From an uncultured Clostridia bacterium (GTDB lineage: Bacteria; Bacillota; Clostridia; Christensenellales; UBA1242), in the NCBI GenBank assembly GCA_944350015.1, contig CALVNW010000001.1, forward strand, positions 115,183-179,182: a stretch of DNA of 64,000 bases, given 5' to 3'. Of the stretch, positions 1-10,174 are shown piece after piece. The position numbers and the translations under genes are program-made. Below the pieces are notes generated by a model. That model searched no databases. It saw only the letters and a program-made list of their open reading frames with translations, and was not told where the DNA came from. The stretch's first letter is position 1. Each line of letters opens with the position of its first letter.

Positions 1-25
1 TTATCTCCTTGCAGGTGAAAACCTA

Positions 26-3000
26 GTGGCAGATGTTGCCTACTATCCTCTTACAACTTCATCTAGCCTTCAAACCTCACAAGATATAATAAAGCTTATC
101 AACTTAGGAGACAATGAGGGCATAATTTTCGGCGAACTTACTTTAAATCATCTGTCAGTAGTATATCAAAACTTCTACTTAGCACTTAAATACACTATTT
201 CAAGCACAAGTGAAAGTCGCGACTTCTATTATGTTCTTAAGGTTGTTCCTGATGTAGTAGTTAATGACTCTGTGTATGCATATAATGGCAATACCGAATA
301 TTTGACAAGCACTCAAGGTACAAATACAGTAAATCTTGATTCGGTGTTTGGTGGAACAACATTAAATGAAAATAAGAAGAGATTTAATATAACAAAACTC
401 ATCACAGTAACTGAGCAGTATAACGAAGAACTGCAAGCAAACGAGGTACTTTCAACCATTGAGTTTGACGCTCAAACAGATATGCAAATCTGGCTTTCTG
501 TCGGCAATTCTTCAAATTATGAGGCAAAACTTGAGGAAGAGTTTATAGAGATAGATGCAGGACAAAGCACACTTGATTTGACAGATTATCTATCAAATTT
601 AACAAGCAATGACATTGTGTCAATTTCAATTGTGACAGGACAGGGCAGTATCTTATATAATGGCACTAAAGTATTCTCGTCGCTTAAATACGTAAACGAG
701 ATTGAAAGTGTATACATCGGTGAGGATCAATACACCTCACAGAGCGACTGGAGTAGATTTATTACAATAACATTCTCTGATGATTATTCATTAATGCAAT
801 ATAGTCTTGCATCATCTGTAAATGAGCAGGTTACCATCAATATCAGACACCGTTATTTAGGTGGAAGTGTTGATGATGAGCTTGGTGTTGTTGGTGGCGA
901 CCAGCTATATAAAATTGTTGTCAACACTACATCCTATAACTATTCCGTTCGCTTTGCGAATGATGACACAACCTTTACTACAGATAGGGAAAACCAAACT
1001 TTTGTTTGGGAGATAGAGGATAGCGACATCACAGAAGTAAGTGAAGATGGCGTTAGTTATAACCAAGCTTCGATGAAAATTCATTTGCTTGAAGGCTCTC
1101 AAGCTGGTTCATCTACAGGCTACACAGAGGTATGGAATATTCTTCAAATTCAAATGACAGATGAAACTGCAAGTGAAGAATTTGAAGAATCTGCTCTATT
1201 TAGTGATGGCTTTGTTTATGACTCTTCAAGAGAGAATAACGGCAAATTTGACATTAGATTTAACGAATATATCACAAGTGATAGAGAGATTGAGTTCACT
1301 CTTTATACTCAGCAAGGCTATCTTGCGACCTTGATTGTCAAGGTAAAGGCAACGGCAAGAGTTGAGACCCTTTCAACCACCTTAAAAGGGGGTTCTACTA
1401 CAAACCTCATAGGTAGCAATGGTCTTTTCAACTTCTCATTAGGTCAAACCCAGCTAACTGAAGATAATTACACCGTAAGTGCAGTAATCACAAGTACCGA
1501 TAAAGACACAAATGGCTTTAGCGGAAAAGATTTTGTTTACTTTGATAAAAACAATGGTGGCTCCTTCGTAGTTGCAAACTTAAATAGAGATTATAATATT
1601 ACTTGCGCATTTACTTTAACCTTTAATAGGGACATCGACTCAAGTTACAACAACAAAACCTTTACATTCACGGCAAACCTATTATTAAAAGCGAACATTT
1701 CATACAATAATAGCGTGGATGGCGGTGTTGTTATAGCAGGTGAGGCAAGCGAGATATCAAATAACTCTATATTTAACACTATTACATTGTCTAATACAAA
1801 CATAGTTTATGAAGAGTCATCTTCAGGTGAAGCTTTTAGAGGTATACAAGTAATAGGCGGAAAATACAATATCCTTACAAACTACGTATCAGTTTCAACA
1901 CCTCTTGATGTAAGGTTGAGCGTTCGCGTTTACTTTAATTATAACGGTCAATTTAATGGCAACATTACAAGTGCGCCATATCAAGTGTTTACAGTAAACT
2001 ATTCTCTTGATGTTGAGCCTAGCGTTAAACTTGAGGACAACTATCCTTCTCCTGCAGGCAGTCAGTTGACAAGAGAGTATATTGATAGTGGTGTGAATTT
2101 TAATAACATCTTGCGAAACTTCTTCTTGCACACACCTATATTTACTGAGTCTGATGCTACCACACGTATAGTGATGCAAAGTGGTGAAATTGTAGACGGA
2201 GAAGTTCAGTATAATGACGTACTTGATTACGGTGATATCGAAAGCACATTCAGTGGAGAAAATGGCGGTTCAATTACAGTTATAACCACACAAAACGCTA
2301 GCGTTTATAGTAATGATGACGGCGATAATAAGCCCGACCTTAACGAGAATTTCCCTCAAAGCGAGACAATTCCTTATAACGAAAATGTTATATTCACAAT
2401 CGGCAATTGGACAACGGGAAGTGGTGGAGTAACAATTGTAGACAACGGCTCAGAATCCTATATTATCTTAAGATTTACCTATCAAAATGTGTCAATAGAT
2501 TATCAAATATATCTTCTTGCAAATTCAATCTCAGTTACAACAAATTATGCAAGCAAAAACGTTTCAAGTGGTAATGTTGGCGGAGAAATAGTAAATTATG
2601 AAAATATCTACATCGACCAAACTAACATAAATGACCTATTTAGTCAAAGCAGAATGGCAAATGTAGTATACAGCAGTTCTCTTCCAAGTGCAGGGGCATA
2701 CTATCTTGTATTTACAAATGGCACAAACTTCTTCGCATCATATCCTCAATATATATCTCAAGATGACCAAGGTAGAACGCTTACATTAGATTTAGGTTAC
2801 TCTATGGCATCTGGTGGAAGAAGTTACACCTATGTTGGTACCTATCTTGCAGAGAGTTTTGAGACAAACAACCTTTCAGTAGGCGCAAATGGTATAATAA
2901 ACTATGTGGGAGGCAATTCTTCATCGCCTGTAACCATTCAAGCCGATTTAGGTACAAACCTTGACTCAAACAATGCAATCTTCCAAAGTGTAAAACTAAC

Positions 3001-5812
3001 AAACAGAGCGCAAATTGTATATGGTGGCACAAATGGCGTTGAGGTTGATTATATAAGGTATGAAGATGTTATAAAAGACTTCACCTTGACAGGAAAAATT
3101 GACGAGCCTACCTCGACAGCATTCTTCACTGGAGAACTTAGAAAGAACGATGGAAGCACAGGAGATAAAGCTACGGTGTCTCTTAGCACAAAATACTATT
3201 ATCGTCCAAGCATAGACATTGCAGTGAAAGAAGAGGCAACAACAGAATATGGTGCCGTTACACTCTCAGTAAATAAACAATATGAAAGTGTAGTTGAAGA
3301 GTTTGGCATATTCCATCCTTCAACAGGACTAAGCCTCAGCCAAAGCGACTTTGGTCATAACAACAACTTAAATATCGAGATTGTAAATTATAATAAAGGT
3401 GGCGCTGGTAGTGGTTTTGACAGTTCTATGATTTCTATGTTAGATGGCTACCTTACAACCTTTAATGAAACTAAGTTCAAATCTATGACTGACGGTTCTA
3501 ATGGTTTTGACAGAAGGGTATACCTATATGTTTCAGCTAAAACTAGTGTGGGCGAGTATGTATATGACTACCGATTGATGGCACAGGGCGCCGACAACCA
3601 AGGCGACCTCGCACTTGTTAAAGTTACCTACGAAGTTGGCTCCTATGAAAAAGATTTCTATGTTGTAGTTCAAATTTTGCCAGACTATCGAGTGTCCTAC
3701 GGTGAAATGGTTATAGAAAATGATTATTCAAGTGATGTTATCACAAATATATCAAATATCTACAATATCTCAGAGACAACAATTAATGGTAGTACCGTTT
3801 ACTATGATACCTTCACTCTTACAAGCAATAAAGGTGTAGAAGGATATGTTTCAGTTAGACATACAAATACTGGCAGTGGCTCAAGCTCATCAAGCACCGA
3901 ACTTGCAACCTCAAACTTCGCTATAAAATTAAGATATCCAGGTGAAACAATAGACGGCGTTCAATATAACAACCAAACAAACGTTGAACAAAAATTATCG
4001 GATGACTTGTCTAATACTATAAATTGGTCGAGAAGTTCGGGTACTTATACATTGCGTTCAGGTGGAAACACAACTTTTACACACGCTAAACAAGTTATAT
4101 TTGGAACGCAATACTTCGTTATAGATGCAGTTGACGCCTATGGCTTTAAGTATCAAGTTTACTTTAGCCTGCAATCGTCTTATACCGAGCCATACATTCA
4201 AGCAAGTTCAATCTCACTTATTGAAGATAGCTACTTTGATATAACCGCTCAATTTGACCTTTTGACACTGTCATCTACAGGAGAGGATGCAAATGTTCAG
4301 TACTTTATAAATTCAGTACCTACTCACCCAGAGGCGCAAGAGGGCAAGGTTACCTTAGTTGAAATTGGTGGTATTGAAGCTTACCTATTCCAGACCGACC
4401 CGACGGGTATGATGGATAGCGGAATACGTGAAAAAACAGGCGGAGGCTATATAGTTGATGAAGATTATCAACCATCGTGGTCAAGTTATCAAGAGGATAG
4501 CCGATACTTTGACAAGCCACTTATAGCTAATGTAACAATTTCAGAGATTGCTTTCTATGATATTGAAACAAATCAAAGCGTAAGCAATGTTCTTAACTTG
4601 GGAAGTTATACAATTGCTACAACAGGTAATATTGGTGCTGTTTATAATGGCTACAATAATCATAGAAGTCCGTATACAACGCAAGATGCTCTTAAAGTGC
4701 CAAAGATTACAGATACAAGTATTTACGGCGACGGCAACACAGCGCAAGTACAGATGGTAATTAAGTTAAAATATCAAACTGGTTCAGTTACTGAGTATTA
4801 TGACCTTTCTGTGCGCGTCAACATCACTCGTGAGCTTTCAATTATGGAAAATGAAATTGCCGACCCAGTGAGAGATGCTCAGTCATTCAATGTTAAGAAT
4901 GAATTTACCATAATGAGCAGTGGTACAGATGTAAAGAATAAGACCACTATAATAAATGACACCTTAGAGGTGCTTATAAATGCAAGAAGTGAGACCTCGT
5001 TTGAACTTGCTCTTTATAGAGGTACTTCTCAAATAGGGGAATCGACAATTGTAACACGCTCAAATACTGGTCGAAGCGTTGCAAGAACAGAGTATATTTC
5101 AATCTCTCAACAATTTGGCATTAATGTCAAATCAGGTGACAGGCTTGAAATTACACCACTTGATAACAACGCAACCTTCTACTATATAACAAACAATGGC
5201 AGAAACAATAAGCTTGAAGGCGAGGGTAGTTTTACTATTTCTCGAATAACTGATGACGTTATTTACGTTGAAGATTCATCCCTTCTTGAGTCAGGCTACC
5301 ATTACAATGTCAGAAAATACTATGTTGTAAATATAGACTTTGATGGTAATACTAGCACAATATTCAGCTATCGTGTATCCAAGAACTACGATGTCACAGG
5401 CTACTTCTATACGCTCAACAGAGCAAGACCTGATGACCCTGTAATGAATACATTAAATGCAACAAAATCTGGCTCTACAATCACCTCAAGCTTTGCTCAG
5501 TGGTATGGCTCGTTTACAATGACAACTGCAAATGACCAACTAGAAGCTGTAAATAGCTCTACTAACAAGTCAAATTATCTGACTTATTTAACCTTTACCC
5601 TTGATACTACTAGTGACCCTAACGCATCAGGTAATGCAACTATTACAGATAGAGGTGTTATTACTTATCAGCCAGGCTTTACATTATATGACTATATCAA
5701 TGTTGTAATAAGGATGAGAGTTTCAGGCGCAGATAGAGCCTTTAATACAACAGACGATACTTTCATTGTTATGGATACACTTAGTCTAAGCTGGGCTCGT
5801 GACTATAACTAA
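26..5812 (+). CDS. very large Ser/Thr/Asn/Tyr-rich protein (>=1928 aa), surface/adhesin-like, function unknown
   Basis: Single uninterrupted ORF. The frame stays open back to nt 2, so it may be 5'-truncated by the window. GTG-26 is preceded by AGGTGA (13-18) at 7-nt spacing, so it could also be the true start. No catalytic motif, signal peptide or C-terminal anchor recognised. Confidence 0.6.
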   Translation: MADVAYYPLTTSSSLQTSQDIIKLINLGDNEGIIFGELTLNHLSVVYQNFYLALKYTISSTSESRDFYYVLKVVPDVVVNDSVYAYNGNTEYLTSTQGTNTVNLDSVFGGTTLNENKKRFNITKLITVTEQYNEELQANEVLSTIEFDAQTDMQIWLSVGNSSNYEAKLEEEFIEIDAGQSTLDLTDYLSNLTSNDIVSISIVTGQGSILYNGTKVFSSLKYVNEIESVYIGEDQYTSQSDWSRFITITFSDDYSLMQYSLASSVNEQVTINIRHRYLGGSVDDELGVVGGDQLYKIVVNTTSYNYSVRFANDDTTFTTDRENQTFVWEIEDSDITEVSEDGVSYNQASMKIHLLEGSQAGSSTGYTEVWNILQIQMTDETASEEFEESALFSDGFVYDSSRENNGKFDIRFNEYITSDREIEFTLYTQQGYLATLIVKVKATARVETLSTTLKGGSTTNLIGSNGLFNFSLGQTQLTEDNYTVSAVITSTDKDTNGFSGKDFVYFDKNNGGSFVVANLNRDYNITCAFTLTFNRDIDSSYNNKTFTFTANLLLKANISYNNSVDGGVVIAGEASEISNNSIFNTITLSNTNIVYEESSSGEAFRGIQVIGGKYNILTNYVSVSTPLDVRLSVRVYFNYNGQFNGNITSAPYQVFTVNYSLDVEPSVKLEDNYPSPAGSQLTREYIDSGVNFNNILRNFFLHTPIFTESDATTRIVMQSGEIVDGEVQYNDVLDYGDIESTFSGENGGSITVITTQNASVYSNDDGDNKPDLNENFPQSETIPYNENVIFTIGNWTTGSGGVTIVDNGSESYIILRFTYQNVSIDYQIYLLANSISVTTNYASKNVSSGNVGGEIVNYENIYIDQTNINDLFSQSRMANVVYSSSLPSAGAYYLVFTNGTNFFASYPQYISQDDQGRTLTLDLGYSMASGGRSYTYVGTYLAESFETNNLSVGANGIINYVGGNSSSPVTIQADLGTNLDSNNAIFQSVKLTNRAQIVYGGTNGVEVDYIRYEDVIKDFTLTGKIDEPTSTAFFTGELRKNDGSTGDKATVSLSTKYYYRPSIDIAVKEEATTEYGAVTLSVNKQYESVVEEFGIFHPSTGLSLSQSDFGHNNNLNIEIVNYNKGGAGSGFDSSMISMLDGYLTTFNETKFKSMTDGSNGFDRRVYLYVSAKTSVGEYVYDYRLMAQGADNQGDLALVKVTYEVGSYEKDFYVVVQILPDYRVSYGEMVIENDYSSDVITNISNIYNISETTINGSTVYYDTFTLTSNKGVEGYVSVRHTNTGSGSSSSSTELATSNFAIKLRYPGETIDGVQYNNQTNVEQKLSDDLSNTINWSRSSGTYTLRSGGNTTFTHAKQVIFGTQYFVIDAVDAYGFKYQVYFSLQSSYTEPYIQASSISLIEDSYFDITAQFDLLTLSSTGEDANVQYFINSVPTHPEAQEGKVTLVEIGGIEAYLFQTDPTGMMDSGIREKTGGGYIVDEDYQPSWSSYQEDSRYFDKPLIANVTISEIAFYDIETNQSVSNVLNLGSYTIATTGNIGAVYNGYNNHRSPYTTQDALKVPKITDTSIYGDGNTAQVQMVIKLKYQTGSVTEYYDLSVRVNITRELSIMENEIADPVRDAQSFNVKNEFTIMSSGTDVKNKTTIINDTLEVLINARSETSFELALYRGTSQIGESTIVTRSNTGRSVARTEYISISQQFGINVKSGDRLEITPLDNNATFYYITNNGRNNKLEGEGSFTISRITDDVIYVEDSSLLESGYHYNVRKYYVVNIDFDGNTSTIFSYRVSKNYDVTGYFYTLNRARPDDPVMNTLNATKSGSTITSSFAQWYGSFTMTTANDQLEAVNSSTNKSNYLTYLTFTLDTTSDPNASGNATITDRGVITYQPGFTLYDYINVVIRMRVSGADRAFNTTDDTFIVMDTLSLSWARDYN

Positions 5813-5849
5813 TAAAATTTAAAAATCATATAAATTAGAAGGAGGAATA

Positions 5850-7301
5850 ATGAACTGGTTTACTATAGCATTTACTATCGTTGTGTGTTTCAATTTCCTC
5901 CTTTTAATAAGTATGGTTTTTCTTGAAAAACGAAAACCTGAGAATATTATTGCCTGGATAACAGTCCTTACATTTTTGCCAGTTGTAGGCTTTTTGCTAT
6001 ACATAGTTTTTGGTAGTGGGCTAAGCGTTAGAACTAGGCGAATGATTAAGAAAAAGGCTATATCAGAGCGTGATATAATAAGAAACATCAAAGGTATACA
6101 AACCTTGGAAGAAGCCAAACTCGATGGCATTTTAAAGGATGACCAAGAACTTGCGACCCTTTGCTACAGCTACGGCTCATACCCTTTGCCTGGCAATGAT
6201 ATAAAGATTTACTCAAGCGGGCAGGACAAGATGAAGGCTTTAAAAGAAGACCTCTTGAAAGCTCAAAAGTCTATCAATATGGAGTATTATATCTTTGCCG
6301 ACGATAAAACTGGTAAGGAGGTTATGGACATCTTATGTAAAAAGGCTAGAGAAGGGCTTGATGTAAAGTTAATTTACGATTCTATTGGCTCACGAAAAGC
6401 GCCACGCAGATTTTTCAAAAGACTTGAAAAAGCTGGCGGGCAGGTAGGGGAATTTTTTCCACCATTTATGCATATAAGGCTTATCAATTTAAAACTAAAC
6501 TATCGTAATCATAGAAAGGTTGTGGTAATTGATGGCAAAATTGGTTACACGGGTGGTATAAATATACGCAATGACCATATTGGGCTTGACAGGAAGCTTA
6601 GACCTTGGCGTGATACACATCTTAGAATTGAGGGAGCGGGGGTTTATGCTCTTCAAAATATCTTTCTAGATGATTGGAGATATTGTAAAGATGACAACAC
6701 TCCGCCAAGACTATATCTTGAAAATGGATATTTTCCAAGTCCTAAAATATGTGGTAGTGCAACAACCCAGGTTATAACTTCAGGTCCAGACAGCGAAGTT
6801 CCGCGAATAAAAGAGACCTTCGTCAAGATGATATTGAATGCAAAGAAGAGAGTGTACATTCAAACGCCATACTTCATACCCGATGATGTATTTTTCTCAG
6901 CTCTACGAATAGCAATCAAAAGTGGTATAGATGTTAGGATAATGGTACCTAAAATACCCGACAAGAAGACTGTCTATCTTGCAACGCTCTCCTACTTAAA
7001 GGAAATGAGCGAACTTGGCATAAAAATCTATCTTTATAATGGCTTTTTGCATAGCAAGGCAATTGTAGTGGATGACAATAAGCTTTCTATCGGAACTTGC
7101 AACACAGACAACCGCTCTTTTGGACTTAATTTTGAAAATACAGTTATAATATATTCGCACGAACTCAATGAGCAGTATAGCAATATTTTTCAAAATGATA
7201 TAGAAAGCTCTCAAGAAGTAGGCTTAAAGTACTTCCAAAAGAAAAAGTGGATAACAAAGGTATTACAAGCAGTTATGCGACTTTTGTCAGCATTATTTTA
7301 G
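5850..7301 (+). CDS. cls: cardiolipin synthase (two HKD motifs)
   Basis: Two N-terminal TM helices. Two PLD HKD motifs: NHRKVVVIDG and LHSKAIVVDD. GGAGG lies upstream of the ATG. Confidence 0.9.
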   Translation: MNWFTIAFTIVVCFNFLLLISMVFLEKRKPENIIAWITVLTFLPVVGFLLYIVFGSGLSVRTRRMIKKKAISERDIIRNIKGIQTLEEAKLDGILKDDQELATLCYSYGSYPLPGNDIKIYSSGQDKMKALKEDLLKAQKSINMEYYIFADDKTGKEVMDILCKKAREGLDVKLIYDSIGSRKAPRRFFKRLEKAGGQVGEFFPPFMHIRLINLKLNYRNHRKVVVIDGKIGYTGGINIRNDHIGLDRKLRPWRDTHLRIEGAGVYALQNIFLDDWRYCKDDNTPPRLYLENGYFPSPKICGSATTQVITSGPDSEVPRIKETFVKMILNAKKRVYIQTPYFIPDDVFFSALRIAIKSGIDVRIMVPKIPDKKTVYLATLSYLKEMSELGIKIYLYNGFLHSKAIVVDDNKLSIGTCNTDNRSFGLNFENTVIIYSHELNEQYSNIFQNDIESSQEVGLKYFQKKKWITKVLQAVMRLLSALF

Positions 7302-7350
7302 AAAAAATTGTTATTTTTTTGAAAAAGCACAAAAATTTAGAAAAAAGGTA

Positions 7351-7381
7351 TTGACTTTCCAGTTTACTGTAATGATAAGAT
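7351..7381 (+). promoter_or_regulatory. candidate promoter with 19-nt spacer upstream of the MerR-family gene
   Basis: TTGACT (7351-7356), a 19-nt spacer containing CAGTTTACTG, then TGaTAAGAT (-10 at 7376-7381). Confidence 0.45.
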
Positions 7382-7403
7382 ATGGGCGAGAGGAGAAAAG
7401 GAG

Positions 7404-8426
7404 ATGTTAAGGATTGGAGATTTTTCAAAACTCACAGGTGTTCCTGCAAAGACTATACGCTACTACGAAGAAGAAGGATTGTTGATTCCAGCACAAGTTG
7501 ACACAATGACGGGGTATAGGCAATACAATCAAAAGAACATCGAACAACTTTTAAAGATACTTTATCTCAAAGGTCTTGGTTTCAAGCTAGCGGAAATTAG
7601 AGATTTTGATGATACTGCAGTCATTAAAAAATCAAAAGAGTTGAGACAAAAATTGAAACAAATTAGAAAAAGCCTTAGCGATCTTTCCAACCTCTACAAA
7701 GATGAAAAAGGAGAGTTGATTATGAAAAATTTTATTAATGATGAAAGGCTTGTCGGTAAATGGGAGCTTTTAGGAACCGCCGTAGAAAAGAAAGATGCTT
7801 TAACTGGGAAAGTTGAGCTTGATAAATATTTTAACCTTAAAAAGTTGGTGTTTTTGCCAAACGGTGAAAAATATTGGGTGTTTACCTTTTGGACAAAAGG
7901 TCATATCTTTTTCAAAGATTGTCCGCTCAATTATGAATTTGCGGATGATAAACTCATAATTGAGTTTAAGTTTGATGGTGAAGTAGAATTTTATGCTGTA
8001 TACAAAAACATCGACCATAAGGCTTATAAAAAAGAAGAAGTGATGATTAAAGATGACATTTCAATGCCATTTGAAAATGATGAAAATTTAATTGGTGTTT
8101 GGCGTGTTTGCGGATTCGTACAAGAGATAAGAGATTTTAAAGGCGAGATAAAAGGTGACGAGCAAGAAGAGTTTGGCTATTACAAGGATGTTGCCATAAT
8201 GGATAACGGGAAGTTGTTGTTCACACTTGCAGATGGCGGTGTTTTAAAAGATAATATACGCTGGACAAAAGACTATATCATATTAGAAGTACAAGAAGTT
8301 GCACAAAAATATATCATCAAAGAGATAAATGGCGATAAATATCTGTTTATGGAACACAAATCGGGGGATTATTCCTATGGTGGAATGAAACCTTGTTATT
8401 ATGTTTTCAAAAGAGCAGGCAAGTAA
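7404..8426 (+). CDS. MerR-family transcriptional regulator with long uncharacterised C-terminal domain
   Basis: The N-terminus IGDFSKLTGVPAKTIRYYEEEGLL...GYRQY is a classic MerR HTH. The remaining ~230 aa are unassigned. Confidence 0.8.
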   Translation: MLRIGDFSKLTGVPAKTIRYYEEEGLLIPAQVDTMTGYRQYNQKNIEQLLKILYLKGLGFKLAEIRDFDDTAVIKKSKELRQKLKQIRKSLSDLSNLYKDEKGELIMKNFINDERLVGKWELLGTAVEKKDALTGKVELDKYFNLKKLVFLPNGEKYWVFTFWTKGHIFFKDCPLNYEFADDKLIIEFKFDGEVEFYAVYKNIDHKAYKKEEVMIKDDISMPFENDENLIGVWRVCGFVQEIRDFKGEIKGDEQEEFGYYKDVAIMDNGKLLFTLADGGVLKDNIRWTKDYIILEVQEVAQKYIIKEINGDKYLFMEHKSGDYSYGGMKPCYYVFKRAGK

Positions 8427-8435
8427 AAGCTTAAT

Positions 8436-8472
8436 AAATGCACCCAAAGTTTAAATACTTAAGGGTGCATTT
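8436..8472 (+). terminator. possible intrinsic terminator after the MerR-family gene
   Basis: AAATGCACCC...GGGTGCATTT forms a 10-bp stem. The loop is long and the T tract weak. Confidence 0.35.
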
Positions 8473-8540
8473 GTTATATATTGTGACAATAATTTTTAGA
8501 CAGATTTATGGTATAAGATATATCAACTAGAAAATAATGC

Positions 8541-8569
8541 CAAACAAAAAGTTCAGCATAAGCCGAACT
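8541..8569 (-). terminator. intrinsic terminator of the ferritin-like gene
   Basis: The minus strand reads AGTTCGGC-TTAT-GCTGAACT followed by TTTTTGTTTGG. Confidence 0.55.
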
Positions 8570-8582
8570 ATAGTCGAAATTA

Positions 8583-9833
8583 TCAAGAGCCCATCCTTCC
8601 AATATTTATATTGTCTGATTTTCGGTCACGTAAAGCTTTGACGGGATGCTCCTTATCTTGAAGGCGGTAGTCACTGTTAAAGTTTTTGATGTGGTCCTCA
8701 ATGACAATATGTGACGGCATAGTTTCAACATCTTTTATAGTCCTCTTTTGATAGTCAAAGAAGTTTGCATTGCTAGGAAGCTTTGTAACACTTACATAGT
8801 CTTCATATAGCGAGGTATTGCACACTGTGTTTGCTAGTATCTGCCTAATATATTCCTTTTGTGGTGCAAACGAGATAAGTTCGGGGTAGTCACCGCCTGG
8901 GATAACATCATACCAATCTTTATTTTCATATTTACGCACAAGGTCAAGAGTTGCGTGAAGGTGAGAAAGCTCTTGTTCAAACAGCATCTCCCAGATTTGT
9001 TTTATATGTTTGTCAGTTTCATCGTTATACATTGAATAGTAAAGATAGCTTTCAATATATTCGTGCATCAAAAGGTCGTCAAGCATAGACATAGTAGGGT
9101 CGATGAGTGAGCCGTACTGTGACACGTGTTCCTCTTCAACCATAGCAATTTCGGTATATATTTCTCTGCCCTTTTGGTGTTTATAGAAGGCACCCAAATT
9201 CATATAATAATTCATTGTCTGTTGCTCCGCCGTGGTGATAATTGAGACGTCGCATTTGGTAATTGGGTCTGCGGACATATTGCTAATAGGTTTTTTGATA
9301 TTGTCATAAGGGTGACGATGATGTGCAACGGTAGGTCTGCCAGGCATTATTTCGGTGTAGGAGCCTATATAATTCTCTGCGTGCTCGCCCATATCGCTTT
9401 CAAGTAAGTTTGCATAGCGATATAGGTGGTCAAAGTCCTCTAATAGTGCAAAGTCAAGTGCGTCTTTAACGAACTTGTTAGTCTGCCTCTGTGCAAGAAT
9501 GGCAGTTAGGTCGACAGCAAGTTGTTCATAACCGAGGGTTGTTTGTAAAATATTTTCATCGGCAGGCTTGAGGTTAGAGATGAGCTTTTGCTGTTGCTGT
9601 TCGCAGTTTCGAATAAATCCAACCGCTCTTCGAATATCATTATCTCCGCAGTGTCTGTTTAAATGATGTTTTGACCATACTGCCTCATATTCAGTTCCAT
9701 TCATAAGTATGCATCGCACGCGGGTGTAAGGGTCGACTTCATTTTTGTCATATGGCTTTGGTGAAAGCATTTTAAAACTCATTATAGTACTTTCAATTTT
9801 CTTTGGTTTAGCTAAAAATGGATTATAACTCAT
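8583..9833 (-). CDS. ferritin-like / di-iron-carboxylate-type protein, function unknown
   Basis: (D/E)xxH motifs LLEDFDH and MVEEEH, each preceded by a Glu-containing helix. I placed the start at the ATG (MSYNPF) 8 nt after GGAGG rather than at the TTG given in the ORF track. Confidence 0.55.
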   Translation of the reverse strand: MSYNPFLAKPKKIESTIMSFKMLSPKPYDKNEVDPYTRVRCILMNGTEYEAVWSKHHLNRHCGDNDIRRAVGFIRNCEQQQQKLISNLKPADENILQTTLGYEQLAVDLTAILAQRQTNKFVKDALDFALLEDFDHLYRYANLLESDMGEHAENYIGSYTEIMPGRPTVAHHRHPYDNIKKPISNMSADPITKCDVSIITTAEQQTMNYYMNLGAFYKHQKGREIYTEIAMVEEEHVSQYGSLIDPTMSMLDDLLMHEYIESYLYYSMYNDETDKHIKQIWEMLFEQELSHLHATLDLVRKYENKDWYDVIPGGDYPELISFAPQKEYIRQILANTVCNTSLYEDYVSVTKLPSNANFFDYQKRTIKDVETMPSHIVIEDHIKNFNSDYRLQDKEHPVKALRDRKSDNINIGRMGS

Positions 9834-9965
9834 AATTTTTTCCTCCAAAATAGAGTTTACCCATTTTCAATTTTTTAATACCTTGGTATTGTTTATAAAA
9901 ATTAAATTTATTTTAAGGATTTTTTATATCTTAAGCAACCATTACAAGTTGTATTAAGTAAATTT

Positions 9966-9996
9966 ATAAAAAAAGATGCGACCTTAGTCACATCTT
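9966..9996 (-). terminator. intrinsic terminator downstream of the lipoprotein gene
   Basis: The minus strand reads AAGATGTGAC-TAAG-GTCGCATCTT followed by TTTTTTT. Confidence 0.55.
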
Positions 9997-10174
9997 AATT
10001 ATTCAATTTTTCATTTTAGACCACATTATCGGAAGCCGAACCAAGTACAACTTTAGTTGTATTTAAGTGAGGCTGAGGGTTTTTCATACAATGTGATGGA
10101 TACAATTTATTGTGTTTTTGAGTTTAGCAAAATTAAAATTTAACTTGTTTAAATTTTTACATCACATAGTCTTA

